A stretch of DNA of 64,000 nucleotides from the human T2T-CHM13v2.0 reference genome, Homo sapiens (GCF_009914755.1 NC_060934.1), one strand, 5' to 3'. Numbered from the stretch's first letter, positions 30,804 to 44,502 are shown. A program made the numbers and translations. The notes: generated by a model from the letters alone, not told the origin.

Positions 30804-33800
30804 CATTCTTAGTTTTCTTACTTGGGTATTTTTCCCTGTCTGCCTCAGGGAAATGAGGAAACCAATAGAAGCTTGGCACTTATTTACTTTTCAGTTAGTA
30901 TATGATGTGATTTATTAAATGTATCTTTAAGTCTCCAACTGGAATCACCCATGTTCTTAACAACTTAGGTTACTCCTTTCAAGGAAATGAACATATTATT
31001 ACAAGCACAGCCATTCTGGAAAATACAACTGTCCACTACATATAGAAACTTGGCCTCAGATGATTGTGTCTTCTTAGCAAGGGACAGTTTCTATTCCCCT
31101 GAACCCCACCTCACAGCTCTGGATGACATGATTGAAGCTAAGGCAAGGTCATTTTCTACCCCGACTCAAATCTCTCTTACAGCAAGTTAACCAGGTGGGG
31201 CTTGAGTGGTCCCAAGCTTCACACTCCGAGTCAGGCAGGTTTCTTAGGTCTGCTCCCATACTAACTGGCTACTAGGGGCACCTGACCACGTAGAACCCAA
31301 CAGACAGTGACCGGGTAAATACTCAGCACTCGGGTTCTATTCTCCTATTGAATAAAGGCAGCATCAACCTGCCTATGGACAGTGATTGAAAGCATTTCAC
31401 TCCAAATTGAGCTGCACACTCTGGTGTCTTCAGGCACAGCCAGGCATAGCCAGGACAGTTGGTTGCAACAGGACTGGGCCGACTGGGAGCCCAGTGAGGC
31501 AGGGCTGGGAATGGACTCTGTTGCTGGCCTTGGGAGAACACACAAGGGCAAAATGAGAAACTGGAGGTAGCTGTAATCCCTCTGATGTCAGGGACTGTGT
31601 CTTACTTCCACTGTGTCTTCAGTGCCCAGCTCGGAGTCTAGCACATAGTAACCTTCCATCAGTGTTCATTGAGTATAGACATCAGAGAAAGCTGGAGTTT
31701 GCAGGGGTGATCCTCATCGAAGGGATACATCGTGGTGTCCCACTTAGTGGAGGACACTACTGGGGCCCTGGAGATGGTGATACTCAGCAATTCACAGGCA
31801 TGTGGCTGGCACTCGAGGAGGGAGTCTGTCATCAAATAGGTGGGTCTCGGGACCAGGCTGGGATATAAAGGTGGGACTTTAGGCCTTGGAGACTCTTGCC
31901 ACAGCAAGATAGGACTAGATGAGGTCAACTGCTCTCCAGAATGGGACTCAGGCCTAGGGGACAGCAGAGACCTAGGTATAGAGAAACAGCCAGGAATGCG
32001 GAGCAGTCCAGTCATGAGGACTGAAGTGTAAAGTCAATATGATTGGCCCAGTGATGCTGCTGTGCCCAAGAGCATTCAGCTGGAACTAGAGTTCCCTGCA
32101 TCACTTCTGCTAAGGATCCAAGGCCAAGGCCAGGGTAGGGGGCACGGACGGGGATCACATGAGAGAGGGGAGGTACAGAGGCCGTGGAATGACTGTGCCT
32201 GCCTTCCTGATCCCAGCAAGGTGGGTATTTGCAGGCTGCCTGCACGGCTCAGCAGTTTCTGGAAACTGACTTTTCAGTTTATTTATGATTGTTTTCTTCC
32301 CCTCTGAACAAAGTGCATTTAGGTTAAAAACCAGGCAGCACATAAATAAACTAATTGGAAGTGTGTGCACTAAGATTTTAGTGTCTTTTAATAAATTCGA
32401 AATTTTAGAGTCTTCCCAAAGCAGAAGTAATATAGGATCCTAGGCTTTACCTGCTAGGAAAACATTGAGTTTAAAAGGAAGAAAAAGGGTTCTTCCTGGT
32501 TGAGAAAGGGAGATGGTGGTTATATGGAGAAATTAATCAAAGAATAATGACACTTAAATCCTTGACATAATCATGAGGTTCACTTGCCATCTAAAGAAAA
32601 CACACACTCACAATGCTCACACCCACTCATACATAATAAAGGCTTTGACGGGATGAGTGGGACCTGCTTGTATGCACTATTTTCTGCAAAGAAAATATGT
32701 TTATGGACAATAAACAAATGTCTTTGATTTCAACCATATTATGAATAAAATTATCAGCAGAGTGCTAAGAGGAGATTCCATAATAAATCTTGGCATTTCA
32801 TCATTTAATAGAGACTAGATATCCTGCTTAAAGCTGCAGTTTGTCTCTTATTAGTTACAAATGTCACAGCCCATGACTCTTAGAAGGATGTTTACGACCC
32901 ACAATTAGATATCCTAGAATGTTTAATTCTGCTTGCCTTTGAATTTCTTTTCAAAAGCAGCCCTCTTTCCCTCACTGTTCACTGCCACCTAGTGAATTTA
33001 TCTGGGAAAGAAACCATAGCTGGGAAGAAGATGCTTTTTTAAAAGACAACAGCTTTCACCAGTGACTTGCCTTGTCAAATGATAATGGAGCAGGAGGATG
33101 GAGGCTTTTGCCGAAAAGGCCGTGGCAAGGACAATGAAATTCGACCCATCAGAGCAGAACACATTAACAAAGCCCCTGCCCGGGGGAAGCTTCTGGAAGG
33201 AGCAGCTCAGGTGAGCAACTTCTGACAGCTCTGGGCTTCTGATCTGACAGTCTGGTTCAAAAGAACCAAGGACTGTTCCCTTTGATTCCCCTTCGGTTGA
33301 ACCCAAATGCCAGACGACATGGCGCGTTGCCCATCCTGGGCAGATGTTAAGGGCTTGGTATAGAGAAAGGGTGCGTGGAATGATGAGGCCTGTGCAGGAG
33401 CCCCAGTCAACATGGAAGGCATCAAAACCGTGTTAACGAGACCCCCTGGGGGACGATCACAGAACTGAAGCAAGTGGTAATTAGAATGGAAATGTAATGA
33501 TGTGCCGCTATCCTGCTATCCTGCTTCCCAACCCTGGTGTGGGCCAGTCTCCTCTCACTGTGAATGCAAAGGCTGTAGTCTCCTTTCAAACGCAGAGCAG
33601 CTTCTACCCAGGGTCACCCATGCTGTTCCTCCAACACCCAAACAGAAAACTGCAAGAGAGAGGTGGGCATGGTACTGATTCAGTGAGCCCTGCATGGCTC
33701 CATGTGGCCCTGCTGGAAAAATCCTGTCTGCTTCAGAAACCACCTTGCCTCTCTCTATTGGGCATGCAGTTGGCAAGAGTGATCTTTGGTGACTCTGTTC

Positions 33801-33919
33801 TGTCCAGGTTCTTTGCAAGAGCTGGAGAAGTAGATTGCTCAGGTTAGAGGTGTAATTAATACCTCTGCAGCCCCCCAGAAAGATGCACTGAAGATTTGCA
33901 GTGGCTACTGCCATTGGCC

Positions 33920-34135
33920 CATGTGTGTGTATGCATGCCAAGTGTGCATGTGTGGACATATGTGCATGTATGTATATCTATGCCTGTGTACGAATGTGTA
34001 TGCTTGTGTGTGCCCATGTGTATGTATGTGGGTGTGTGTCAACCAAGAGTGTGGGGGGGAACCAAGAGATCCATACATCCATATGCATGGATGTATATCT
34101 GTGTGTGTGTACACATGTGCATGTGTGTGTATGAA
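33920..34135. repeat. Imperfect (TG/CATG)n microsatellite
   Basis: tgtgtgtatgcatg-type alternating tract. Confidence 0.85.
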
Positions 34136-35140
34136 CATGAAGGAACTGAAGATTTTGAGTCTCTTATTGATGTGAATTGACTCTGAAGGGTGAGTTTTAA
34201 CGCTGTGATAGTTAAGGGGAAACCAAGACAAAGAAACCAATGATTTTAATAACTAAATGAGGCCGAAATAAAACTCTAAGATTTATTTTTTTCACTCAGG
34301 AGACCACTGGCCATTCAGCTCATGACACTTCTCCCCACCAGCTCTTCAGAGTAAATGTTTCTCTCCCCAGGAACTAGTTCAAGTTTTAAAAGATTCTGCA
34401 TGGGACTGCCTGGGTGCTTCCTGCTAGCCATCACTTTCATGCTCAGAATAGATGTGCCCCATTGCAAAAATGGCACTGTCACTTGGCACTGGGCCACTCA
34501 CTGATTTGATGCCATTTTTATTGTAATTTACAGTTGTCGATTGAATTGGAAGGCTTGAACTATCCGTGGGGACATAAGCTATTAATAGAACAATGCATAA
34601 AGAGCCGAAGCACCTCGCCGGGATACTGCAGTTTGAATTATTTTACATACGCACTTCTAAACGCACTCTCAACCTTAGCACTTTGCAGCCTGTGGGCCAG
34701 TGTTGCTCACTGCATCCATTTCTCCAAAATCATCATTCCTCTCCAGCACGCTGGATCGAATCCACGTTCAATAGGAAGCAATGAAACAAAGACCACATGT
34801 GCTGGTTTTAGCCCATATATGATGTGGCATATAAATAAGCATAGCTAACATGCTTTCCAAAACACGACCCACTTCTCCAGAGTTTAATCATGCTGAGGCC
34901 TCTTCCAGAGGGTGGGAGTCCCTTTCCAGGGCAAGTCCACACCAATAGAAATGGCCAGAGCACTCACTGTCCACGAATCAATAAAACCAGAAGATGAACA
35001 GGAAGACATAAGGAGCGCAAGTGGAAAACTGGAATGCTACAGTAATGCTCTGAATTTGGATCATATGTGCCCAGTTGTGAGAGGCTGTAAAAATAACCCT
35101 CGCCATCCTGTTCTTGGGGAAAAAAAGGCACCAAGCCTTC

Positions 35141-35493
35141 TGCTGTGATCAGGTTGTTCCCCTCCAAAATTCATATGTTGAAATCTAATTCCCAACACGT
35201 GGGTATTAAGAAGTGAGACTTTCGGGGCTGATTAGATCATGAAAGTGGAATCTTCACGAATGGGATTAGTGTCCTTATAAAACAGGCTGGAGGGAACCTG
35301 TTTGTCCCTTCTGTCATGTGAGGGCACATAGAAGGGACAATCTGTGAGAAACGGGCCCTCACCAGACACCAGATCTGCTGTTGCCTTGATCTTGAACTTC
35401 CCAGCCTCCAAAACTGTGAGCGATCAATTTCTGTTGCTTATAAACTACCCAATCCAAGATATTTTGTTATAGCAGCCTGAACTGACTAAGCCA
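35141..35493 (+). mobile_element. MLT1A-like solo LTR
   Basis: TG...CA ends; ccaaaattcatatgttgaaat, gggccctcaccagacacc, ttttgttatagcagcc; TSD ccttc/cctgc. Confidence 0.88.
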
Positions 35494-35937
35494 CCTGCTG
35501 AATTGACTTCTTTCCCTGGCAACAGTTATGGAGAGAGACTTCTGATCTCAAAATCCCACTCGATGTAGGGAGCTCAGATGTGAGTTCCTAACAGAAATCT
35601 AGGCAACTTTGGGGCAAATAATTACTTCTTAACCCAACTCTGCAAATAAGTAAGTTTTTCAATATTAGATAATTCACCCCAAAGTTACAAAACATAAATC
35701 ACCTAAAGAGGGAAAGGTTGAAGCAGCTAATTTTGCAGGGGACTCACTTTGCTTGGCCATGAAAATAAGTGGGCAGATCTGAACTCTGCTCTGCAGGAGT
35801 TGATGACTCAGGAGAGACACCTGAGCATGAGCTACAGAAGCAGTGAAATGGGAACATTACAACAATGCATTCTTTCCCACCTACATTATGTTTAGCTGCA
35901 TTACATCTTATTCATTCACTAAAGAACAAAAAAAGCA

Positions 35938-36235
35938 GGCCGGGTGCGGTGGCTCATGCCTGTAATCCCAGCACTTTGGGAGGCCAAGGCAGGCAGATCA
36001 CCTGAGGTCAGGAGTTCAAGACCAGCCTAGCCAACATGGTGAAACCCCATCCCCGCTAAAAATACAAAAATTAGACGGGGGTGGTGGTGGGCACCTGCAA
36101 CCCCAGCTACTCAGGAGGATGAAGCAGGAGAATCGCTTGAACCCGGGAAGCAGAGATTGGAGATTGCAGTGATCCAAGATGGCACCATTGCCCTCCAGCC
36201 TGCACGACACAGTGAGACTCCATCTCAAAAAAAAA

Positions 36236-36267
<32 letters not shown>
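35938..36267 (+). mobile_element. Alu (AluSx-like)
   Basis: Full dimer, long A/(GAAAA) tail. Confidence 0.95.
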
Positions 36268-36268
<1 letters not shown>

Positions 36269-36459
36269 GTGTCATTTGTGGAAGACATCCTGGCATATAT
36301 GCTATGGATTCTCTATCTATAGTAAATTTTAGAAATAGAATTTTTGAAAAATTTTAATTGCTTAAATGAGTCACAGTGAAGTTTTAAAAAATTCATTCTG
36401 ATTGCAGACTTTTGTTCTCTGGCTAACAGGAAGGATTAAGGAAGTAAGAAATAATAATT

Positions 36460-36710
36460 ATTGTGATGATAATAAAGTAGCTCATATTTCCTGAGCACTA
36501 ACTACGTTCTAGGCAACTGTACTAAATGCTTTTAAGTGAATCATCTTTTAATCTTAATTTTCACAATGTTCTTTAAGATAATCTTACCTGTCTGCCTTAC
36601 CGAGGAGGAAACGGAATTGCCCAAGGTTCAACAGCTAACATAGGACAGAACTGAGACGGAAACTTTGGACTGTTGGATTCCAAATTTAGTGCTCTTAATT
36701 ATTATACTTA
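36460..36710 (-). mobile_element. MIR
   Basis: ctgagcacttaactacgttctaggc...gaggaaac...ttgcccaagg. Confidence 0.65.
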
Positions 36711-36801
36711 TAGATATATTATGTCTTAGGTATTTAGTTTTATATATACTAGTTAGTTTTAGTTTATATATAAACTAGTTTTAGTTTTATATATTTTAGG
36801 G

Positions 36802-36942
36802 TGTCCAGTAAAACACTCATTCTGGTCTAAATTTATAGGGCAGAGTTAGCAAATAGATGAGAGATAAAAGAGAAAAAATCAGAAAACTTCCAAGATAATT
36901 ATGATAAGAATAGCTATGACTTCTTGAACACGTATATGTCAA
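36802..36942 (+). repeat. Copy 1 of ~140-bp local direct duplication
   Basis: Aligns with 38358-38500. Confidence 0.9.
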
Positions 36943-36949
36943 TAATAAT

Positions 36950-37260
36950 TTATAAATTATAGATTATATAATTTACAATATGCATTATATAAAATATAAA
37001 TTATATATAAAAATTGTATATTACATATATTATATACAAATTATATATATTATATACAAATTATATATTATATAAATTATAGATTATATATAAATTATAT
37101 ATTATATAAATTATAGATTATATATAAATTATTTATTATATAAATTATAGATTATATATAAATTATATATTATATAAATTATAGATTATATATAATTTAT
37201 ATATATTATATAAAAATTATATATTATATATAAAAATTATACATATTATATATAATTTAT
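36950..37260. repeat. AT-rich tandem repeat (tatataaattatagatta-type units)
   Basis: Near-pure A/T tract with repeating aaattatagattatata. Confidence 0.92.
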
Positions 37261-37443
37261 TTTCCAAGTCTAGAATACTCTCACTGGATTATTGTGGCAG
37301 CCTTCAAACTGGTCACCCCTAATTCCTGTCTCTGCTCTAGTAAATCCATTCCTGTACATTTCCATTACAGTTGTGGTTCTAAAATGCAGATCATATCATT
37401 CTCTCCAATATTCTCAACGCAACATTTCTCAACATTTCCTTGA

Positions 37444-37791
<348 letters not shown>

Positions 37792-38357
37792 CTGAATATG
37801 GTTCTCAAGAACCCCCCAATCTAGTCTCTTACCCTAGTGCCTCCCTAGCACCCATGTGGACAACTTTGTTCAATGGTCACAAGGTCTGAGACCTTCGCTC
37901 ACACCATGGACCCGACCTGTCCTGCTTTCCTGGCACAGTACAACATAGCGGGCGTGCATATGAACTTTGGAGTCAATGGAACCTGGATTGGAACTCCAGC
38001 TCTGCCGCTTTTCAGTGGTAGGACCTTGGACTACCTGTGTAGCTTTCCTAAGCCTTCTGTTCTTCATCTGAAAACATGCATTGTTGAGAGCATCCAGTGA
38101 AATCCCAGGAGCACTCCACTTAGCACACAGGATTCAGGAAATGGAAGCTGTTTGTGTTTGCCTTGGGGAATTCTATGCCCTTTCTTAGATCCGGTTTTTG
38201 AGGACATCCAGGTATATAGGCCTCCCTCCACCTCGGTCAAGCCTCAGACTCCATCATTGTCACACTCAGGCCTGACATTTGGCCTAAGCCCATACCCATG
38301 GTTCAGCTTTCCTTTTACTCCTAGTCCTGATATAATTCCAATGACCTCTTCCTAATA

Positions 38358-38500
38358 TGTACAGTAAAACGCTCAATATAGTCTCAATTTATAGGGCAGA
38401 GTTAGAAAAGAGATGAGAGACAGAAGAGAAAAAAAAATCAGAAAACTTCCAAGATAATTACGATCAGAATAGCTATGACTTCTCAAACACTATGTGGCAA
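38358..38500 (+). repeat. Copy 2 of ~140-bp local direct duplication
   Basis: Aligns with 36802-36942. Confidence 0.9.
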
Positions 38501-38523
38501 ATCCTGCTTTAAGTGTGTACGTG

Positions 38524-38766
38524 CATAGCCATCCCTCGGGGTATGGAGAGGACTTATTCCAGAACCCCTGCCTATGTCCAAATCCAGGCATGCCCAACTC
38601 CTACAATCAGCCCTGCAGAACTCCTATACGAAAGTTGGCCCTGTTTATATGTAGGTTTCACAACCCGTGAATATGATATTTTTGATCCTCATTTTGGTTG
38701 ATAAAAAAAAGCATGTGTAAGTGGACCTGTGTAGTTCAAATCCATGTTGTGCAAGGGTCAGCTGTA
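38524..38766 (+). mobile_element. MER8 (TcMar-Tigger) DNA transposon relic
   Basis: ccctcgg...cagccctgcagaac...gtaagtggacc...gttcaaatccatgttgtgcaagggtcagctgta matches MER8. Confidence 0.8.
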
Positions 38767-40811
38767 TTTACTTAATAAATTTTCAAAAGAGTGGTGTAAT
38801 TTTTAATGGTCCCTTTTATATCTACTACTTAGAGAGATTAAATAACTTATAAAATGATGGAGCCTGATAATTTCTTTTTAACTTTTTTACTTTTGGAGAC
38901 ATGGTCTCCCTCTGTTGTCCAGGCTGGCCTCAAACTCTTGGGCTCAAGTGATCTTCCAGTCTCAGCTTACCAAGTAGCTGGAGCCTAGTTTGACCCAAGG
39001 CAACCTGGCTTTAGGGCCTGGGTTCTGAGCGAGTACCTTCTCCCTCCGTTCCCTGTCTGTCTCTTTCCTCAGTTCTCTGTCCCTGCCATTTATACAAACA
39101 CTGGGGTACAGCACAGATCTCTGGTTTTCACCCCCACGTGCCAGACAGGCGGCTCATCCACTCCTTGTTTTGCAGTCAGCTCAGCAAACCCAGTTGTGGT
39201 GCCTGGCTGGCTCTGTCCTTTATGTCAACTTCATTTCCACTGTCTCGATTTCCAGTGTCTCGATTCACCTGAACTTATGAATTTAAAATCACTTATCGCA
39301 TGTGGTGAAAGGAAACGTCTCCATTTTCTATCAGTTTTGTATCTGAAGTAGCATCCATGCTGGAGCTTCAAAGAATTCATTATAAATATTCGATGGCAGC
39401 CAGAGCTTGAGACTCTTGGATGCTTGGAAAAAAACACCTAGAAAAACTCCTGGTGAAAAATATTTCCAAATTACTCTATCATTATAATGATTCTATCATT
39501 ATCTGCAAGGATAGGCTGGGTTTGGGTCCTGGGAAACTTAGAGAGGTTTTTAGGAAGAGCTGTTTCAAATGACTTTTCCACCCTATTTCCCCCCGACCCC
39601 TTAAAAGTCTGAATAAATGAAAGACGTCAACCTTTCCATATGCAGTTACAGTCTAGGATCTGGGATATTTTATTTTATATACTTGCCGGCCTTAGGATAA
39701 GCTGCACAGTGAATCAATATGAGAAAAGCCAATCTGTTCAAGATTGTTGAAGTTAAGATTATTGAAGATTATTTCATGCTGAAAATAGAACATATATATA
39801 TATATATTTCTGATTGATAGGATTTTAGGTGGATTTCATTTCCCCCACCCTACTTCCTATACTTTTTAGCTTTTCTAGAAAAGCTATTTACAGAAAAAGT
39901 AAATATCTAAGGGAAAATCAATCATTTGATGACTTTAGTGGAAAAACTCTGAACTAGAAGTTTTGAGTGTTAGATACAGTTTTAACTCTGTGTTAACTTT
40001 GTACAAGTCTTTCGGCATCTCAGAGCCCAAGCTTTTGGGTCCTCACAACGTGTGGGTTGGATGGAGCTGTGATGTTTGGACTTCAGGCCCCAAACTCCAG
40101 GGTTTCCCCAAGAACCTCTGACATTCCCTAACCCCTTAGCCCTGAACCACCCCAGGTTTCTACCAAAACGGCTCTGTGTTATCTATTATATGTTTTACCT
40201 TTTAAGATTCCCCCATACTATTTCTATTTAAAAACACTTGACTTATAACAAAAAAGTTTGAAAATTTCTGGGCTAGGTGTCTTCTCACCTGTGATTTCAT
40301 AATCCTCTTGTCAATATTATAGCACATGACGACTGCAGGATCTCCCAGAACTTTCTACAGTGATCCTTCCTGCGGGCAATGAAACTCACAGAATTGGTCT
40401 GCAATAATTAACTTTGCTTAGCCACTTCCCAGACTTTTTTCTTAAAATAATTACTTGCTGCGGGGTTAGTCTTACGAGTAGATAAAATAGGACTAGGTAG
40501 TCTGCTCCTCAAGAGACCCTAGATACTCACCATTGGCTGAAATTCCACGGACATTCATTTATGCTCTATTCCAATTTAGGTGTGAATTAGTTTCAACACA
40601 TCTTTTGAGATAGGAGGAGAGAGGGAAAAATAACAGTGGGAACCTAGGGATATAGCACATCAGATGATGGGGAAAATGGTGAAGAAAGGAGAAGAAAAGA
40701 AAATTGATGACACGTTCTACTTATGTCATACCTTATCCATATTTGGACCTGGTCTTTATGGTCACCATCTCCATGCTGGTGAGCTTCTACCTTCAAATAT
40801 GCCTGGCTTCT

Positions 40812-40866
40812 AACACAACACAACACAACACAACACAACACAACACAACACAACACAACACAACAC
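40812..40866. repeat. (AACAC)11 pentanucleotide microsatellite
   Basis: Perfect 5-bp repeat. Confidence 0.97.
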
Positions 40867-41329
40867 ATCTCTCCTTCTGAATAATGCCCATAAACTCTTC
40901 ACAGAGCAAAGCACAGAGGTATATTCTCTTCCTCTTCCCTTCCTCTTCATTTTGGGATATCCTCTCAGGAGCATCTTGTCTAATTTTAGACATATCCCCC
41001 ATCAATTATTGGATGACCATCATTACTCAGTTATTTATAGAACTTAATGAAAAAAATTAAGCTGCTTTTACTGGATTTAAGTCCAACCCGTAGACTACCA
41101 TGCTTTTTGGGAATAGAAGATGCACGTTTCCACCCAGTTAAGTACCTTTTGGGAAAACGCAGGATGCAAAGGAGCTCAGAAAAAGCTACAAGAAAAGAAC
41201 ACAAGTGAGGTGGTCCATAGATTGGAAGATTCTTTCCTAAATGACGGAGCCTAAGGTTTCCTCACCAGCTGTAAGTCTCCTGGAATACCTTCACAGCATG
41301 CAGCTTAATCACATTCAACAGATGCACTG

Positions 41330-41546
41330 GGCCAGACACGGTGACTCACGCCTGTAATCCCAGTACCTCGGGAGGCCAAGGCAGGCAGATTACTTGATGA
41401 CAGGGCTTTGAAACCAGCCTGGCCACCATAGTGAAACCCCATCTCTACTAAAAATACAAAAACTAGCCGGGTGTGGTGGCGCAGGCCTATAGTCCCAGCT
41501 ACTCAGGAGCCTGAGGTAGGAGAATCACTTGAACCCGGGAGGCGGA
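41330..41546 (+). mobile_element. 3'-truncated Alu (no tail)
   Basis: Left arm plus part of right arm; stops at gggaggcgga. Confidence 0.92.
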
Positions 41547-42369
41547 CACATTGAGTAATTCCCTACTTATTTCTCATTCACCCAGCTCTTCATTGCACAG
41601 GTATGTCAGGGTGCTCTGGACACAGAGGGCCGAGAACCAAGCCGACCTCCCACAATGCAGTGGTTATCTCACAACCCAAAGTTTGAAACGCTTTGGAAAT
41701 GAAGGGACTTTTAGTGGGAAGGGATACTTCAGAGAAGCTTTTCCTTGTAAATTCTCTCAATTTTATCCACAGCAAATATCTGAACTTCAAAAGCTTACTC
41801 AAATTAGATGGATTTGGCTTCTAGTACAACTTTCTTGAGTCTTGAAGATAGTGAGAAAAAAAAAAAAAGTCCTGCAGAAATGAATTGCGAAGAGAAGGGC
41901 TTGGGAGTTCTCATTTTGGCATGTAGTCCTTAAAGAGATCTGACAGCTCAATTTTCCAATATGATAGGCAGGAAATATGAAATTAGCTCTCAGTTATATC
42001 TGGCACAGTGATTACGTGCATGGGAGGTTTCATGTGGGGCAACCTGTCACAGCCACTTTCTGAAGCTTTATTTTCCTGGAATTGAAAACCCAGCCTATAA
42101 GAAATTGAAAGCACTTAGGAGAAAGTTGGAGGGAGGAAAGGATTTACTTTTTGTTCTACGTGGGTGTCGTTCCTATCTAATCTCATAACAGAAGCCTCTC
42201 CGTCACATAGGTGCCTTGGCCAACAGCAGGCCCTACTGCTGAAGTGAAGAGATGGCCAGCATCCACCCCAAGATGCTTCATTCTCTTCTCCATGTAAGAA
42301 AACATTCATTTTAATCAGATCAGCAATATGCCCATCTAATCTAAAATATTGTACAAATGCATCCTCACT

Positions 42370-42735
42370 CAGATGTGTTCTGTGACTAAGCTTTACCTAA
42401 TGGGGTCTTAATAGAAATCTCCTGAAACAGGTAGGGGGTAACCTTCTCTCTCTTTTTCCTACTGCAGCCTGGAATACAGATGTGATGCCTGGATCTCAAG
42501 TAGCTATTTGGGGCTGTGAGGTGATCCACTGAGGTTGGTGGAGGAGCAAAATTATACCAGAGGCCTGGGTCTCTGTTGACTACAGAACTTCCAAAACAGC
42601 CCTGGATTAACTACCTGCAGACTGTTTTTGTCGCAAAAGAGAAATAAATATCTATCCTGTTTAAGCCACTATCAGTACATCTAGTAAGCATTAGTTTTTT
42701 TATTATGTGAAGCTGAATGTAAAATGAACTGATAT
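42370..42735 (+). mobile_element. MLT1J-like LTR relic
   Basis: gcctggaatacagatgtgatg, gagaaataaa...tgtttaagccact and gctgaa...aactgata motifs. Confidence 0.7.
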
Positions 42736-43180
42736 CATTAGTGTATTTATTTCAAATATCAGGCTCTCATTAGTACATAATTGCTAAGATAAGGCAGCAC
42801 ACTCTAAGGGGCACCTTATTTCACTTGCCCGCCCTATGGCCAGAGTCATTATTGGAATAATTAGTTGGAAGGTCACTGAGATGTTTTTCTTCCCTCCCTC
42901 CCTATCATCTATCTTTTTTCTATGACAATGAGTAGAATTTTTTAAACTCTAAATTTCATAAAGATCACATTGAAATGATGAATTTAAAATGGCTGAACCC
43001 ATCCTAAGCTAAAAGAATTACGTACCGTCAGCGATTCCTACTAAGCTGAAGTCAACCAACTACAGACAAGGTATGGTAAGGTACCAGGTCCTCCTTGCTG
43101 TAAATTGGAGCAAATGCTGGCTTAGAGAAAGGTCTTCTCTCATTTTCCCCCCATGTTTTATGTGCTTCCCACATTCCACC

Positions 43181-43442
43181 TGCCATCGAGGTCTACATCG
43201 CCATCAAGGTCTACACTGCCATTGAGGTTACGCTGCCATTGAGGTCTACACTGCCATCAAGGTTACACTGCCATCGACATTACAGTGCCATGGGGGTTAC
43301 ACTGCCACTGAGGTCTACACTGCCATCGAGTTTACACTGCCATGGGGGTTACACCGCCATTGAGGTCTACACTGCCATCGACGTTACACCGCCATCAAGG
43401 TCTACACTGCCATCGAGGTTACACTGCCATTGAGGTCTACAC
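43181..43442. repeat. Minisatellite, 15 units of 17/18 bp, consensus tgccatcgaggt(c)tacac
   Basis: Units parsed by hand with lengths 18,18,17,18,17,17,17,18,17,17,18,17,18,17,18. Confidence 0.95.
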
Positions 43443-44369
43443 TGTGGTGCTCACTTCCCTGCTCTAGATCTCTTACTTTGATTTACACCAGACCTCAGTC
43501 TCTGCGCATATAATTGCTCAAGTCTAGAACCCCAATCTACTTCTCTAAGCGGGTTTCCTTTCTTTCCAGATGCTCTACTCCCCAGAAAGGGAAGGTGAGG
43601 CCACACAGAGCCTATCTATGCCTTCCTGTCCCTGAGGCTCTACGGTGGCCCCGCTCAGTGGCCCTGGCCCCATCTGTGCTGTAACCCCAGCCCGACCTGA
43701 GTAGAAAGGCCAGTGAGACACAAAGCCAAGAGAATTTCCCCAGCCACTCTGGTCTCCACGAGCCAGTCCTGGCACTCAGAATGCTGAGGTTAGAGCAAGG
43801 GAAATTGCCAACCTTCGGCCAGTGTGGGCCCATGAAGCTGGCGATTTCGTGTGGTTCAACTTAGTCCTAGAGCTCTCACTGTGTGTGGTTCTCCCATCCA
43901 GGGAAAACCAAACCATCTCAGGCAAGCCTAACAGAGCAGCTGCCTTTGAAAGATTCTGAGTTGAGTGTGGTATGGGGGCAGGCCTGAGAAGTGTGCCCTT
44001 AGATACCTTCAAGGGCTCTGGGCAGTGTTTGAGGGATCCAAATGAACTCAGTTACACCAAGCTCTCCTCCACTGTGGCAGGACTTCTGGTCACGGGGTCC
44101 CCACGCCGCAGGGCCCTTCCATCATCCCAGATCCTTACGCGTGGAGTCTCTCTCATTCTCACAACCTCAGCTTACATGTTCCACTTATTCATCACTGCAT
44201 CTCTGGAGCCAAGCCTGGACCATAAGAGATGGGTCATTTGAAGAGCTATAGGTCGTAGCTCTTTTCATGGTCACTTGTTTTCTTCAGGCCTCCTGACACC
44301 CAATAAATTTATTGTCATTTATAAGCTTGAAAACAATAAGTTTAAGCAATAAAATAAAGTTTGTTAGAT

Positions 44370-44502
44370 GGCTGGGCATGGCGCATCATGCCTGTAATCC
44401 CAGCACTTTGGGTGGCCAAGACCAGAAGATCACTTGAGCCCAGGAGTTTGAGACTAACCTGGGCAACATAGCAAGACCCCATCTCCACAAAAACAAAAAT
44501 AA
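44370..44502 (+). mobile_element. FLAM_C-like Alu monomer
   Basis: Left monomer plus A tail; 19-bp TSD aaaataaagttt(g/a)ttagat. Confidence 0.9.

Noticed and set aside
31264-31282. CTCF-like tggctactaggggcacc
   Set aside because: One G short in the core, which puts four positions out of register.
39233-39262. 15-bp tandem duplication
   Set aside because: Ordinary slippage product with no further structure.
43181-43442. CRISPR-like array
   Set aside because: Units are contiguous with no unique spacers, there are no cas genes, and the DNA is primate; it is a minisatellite.
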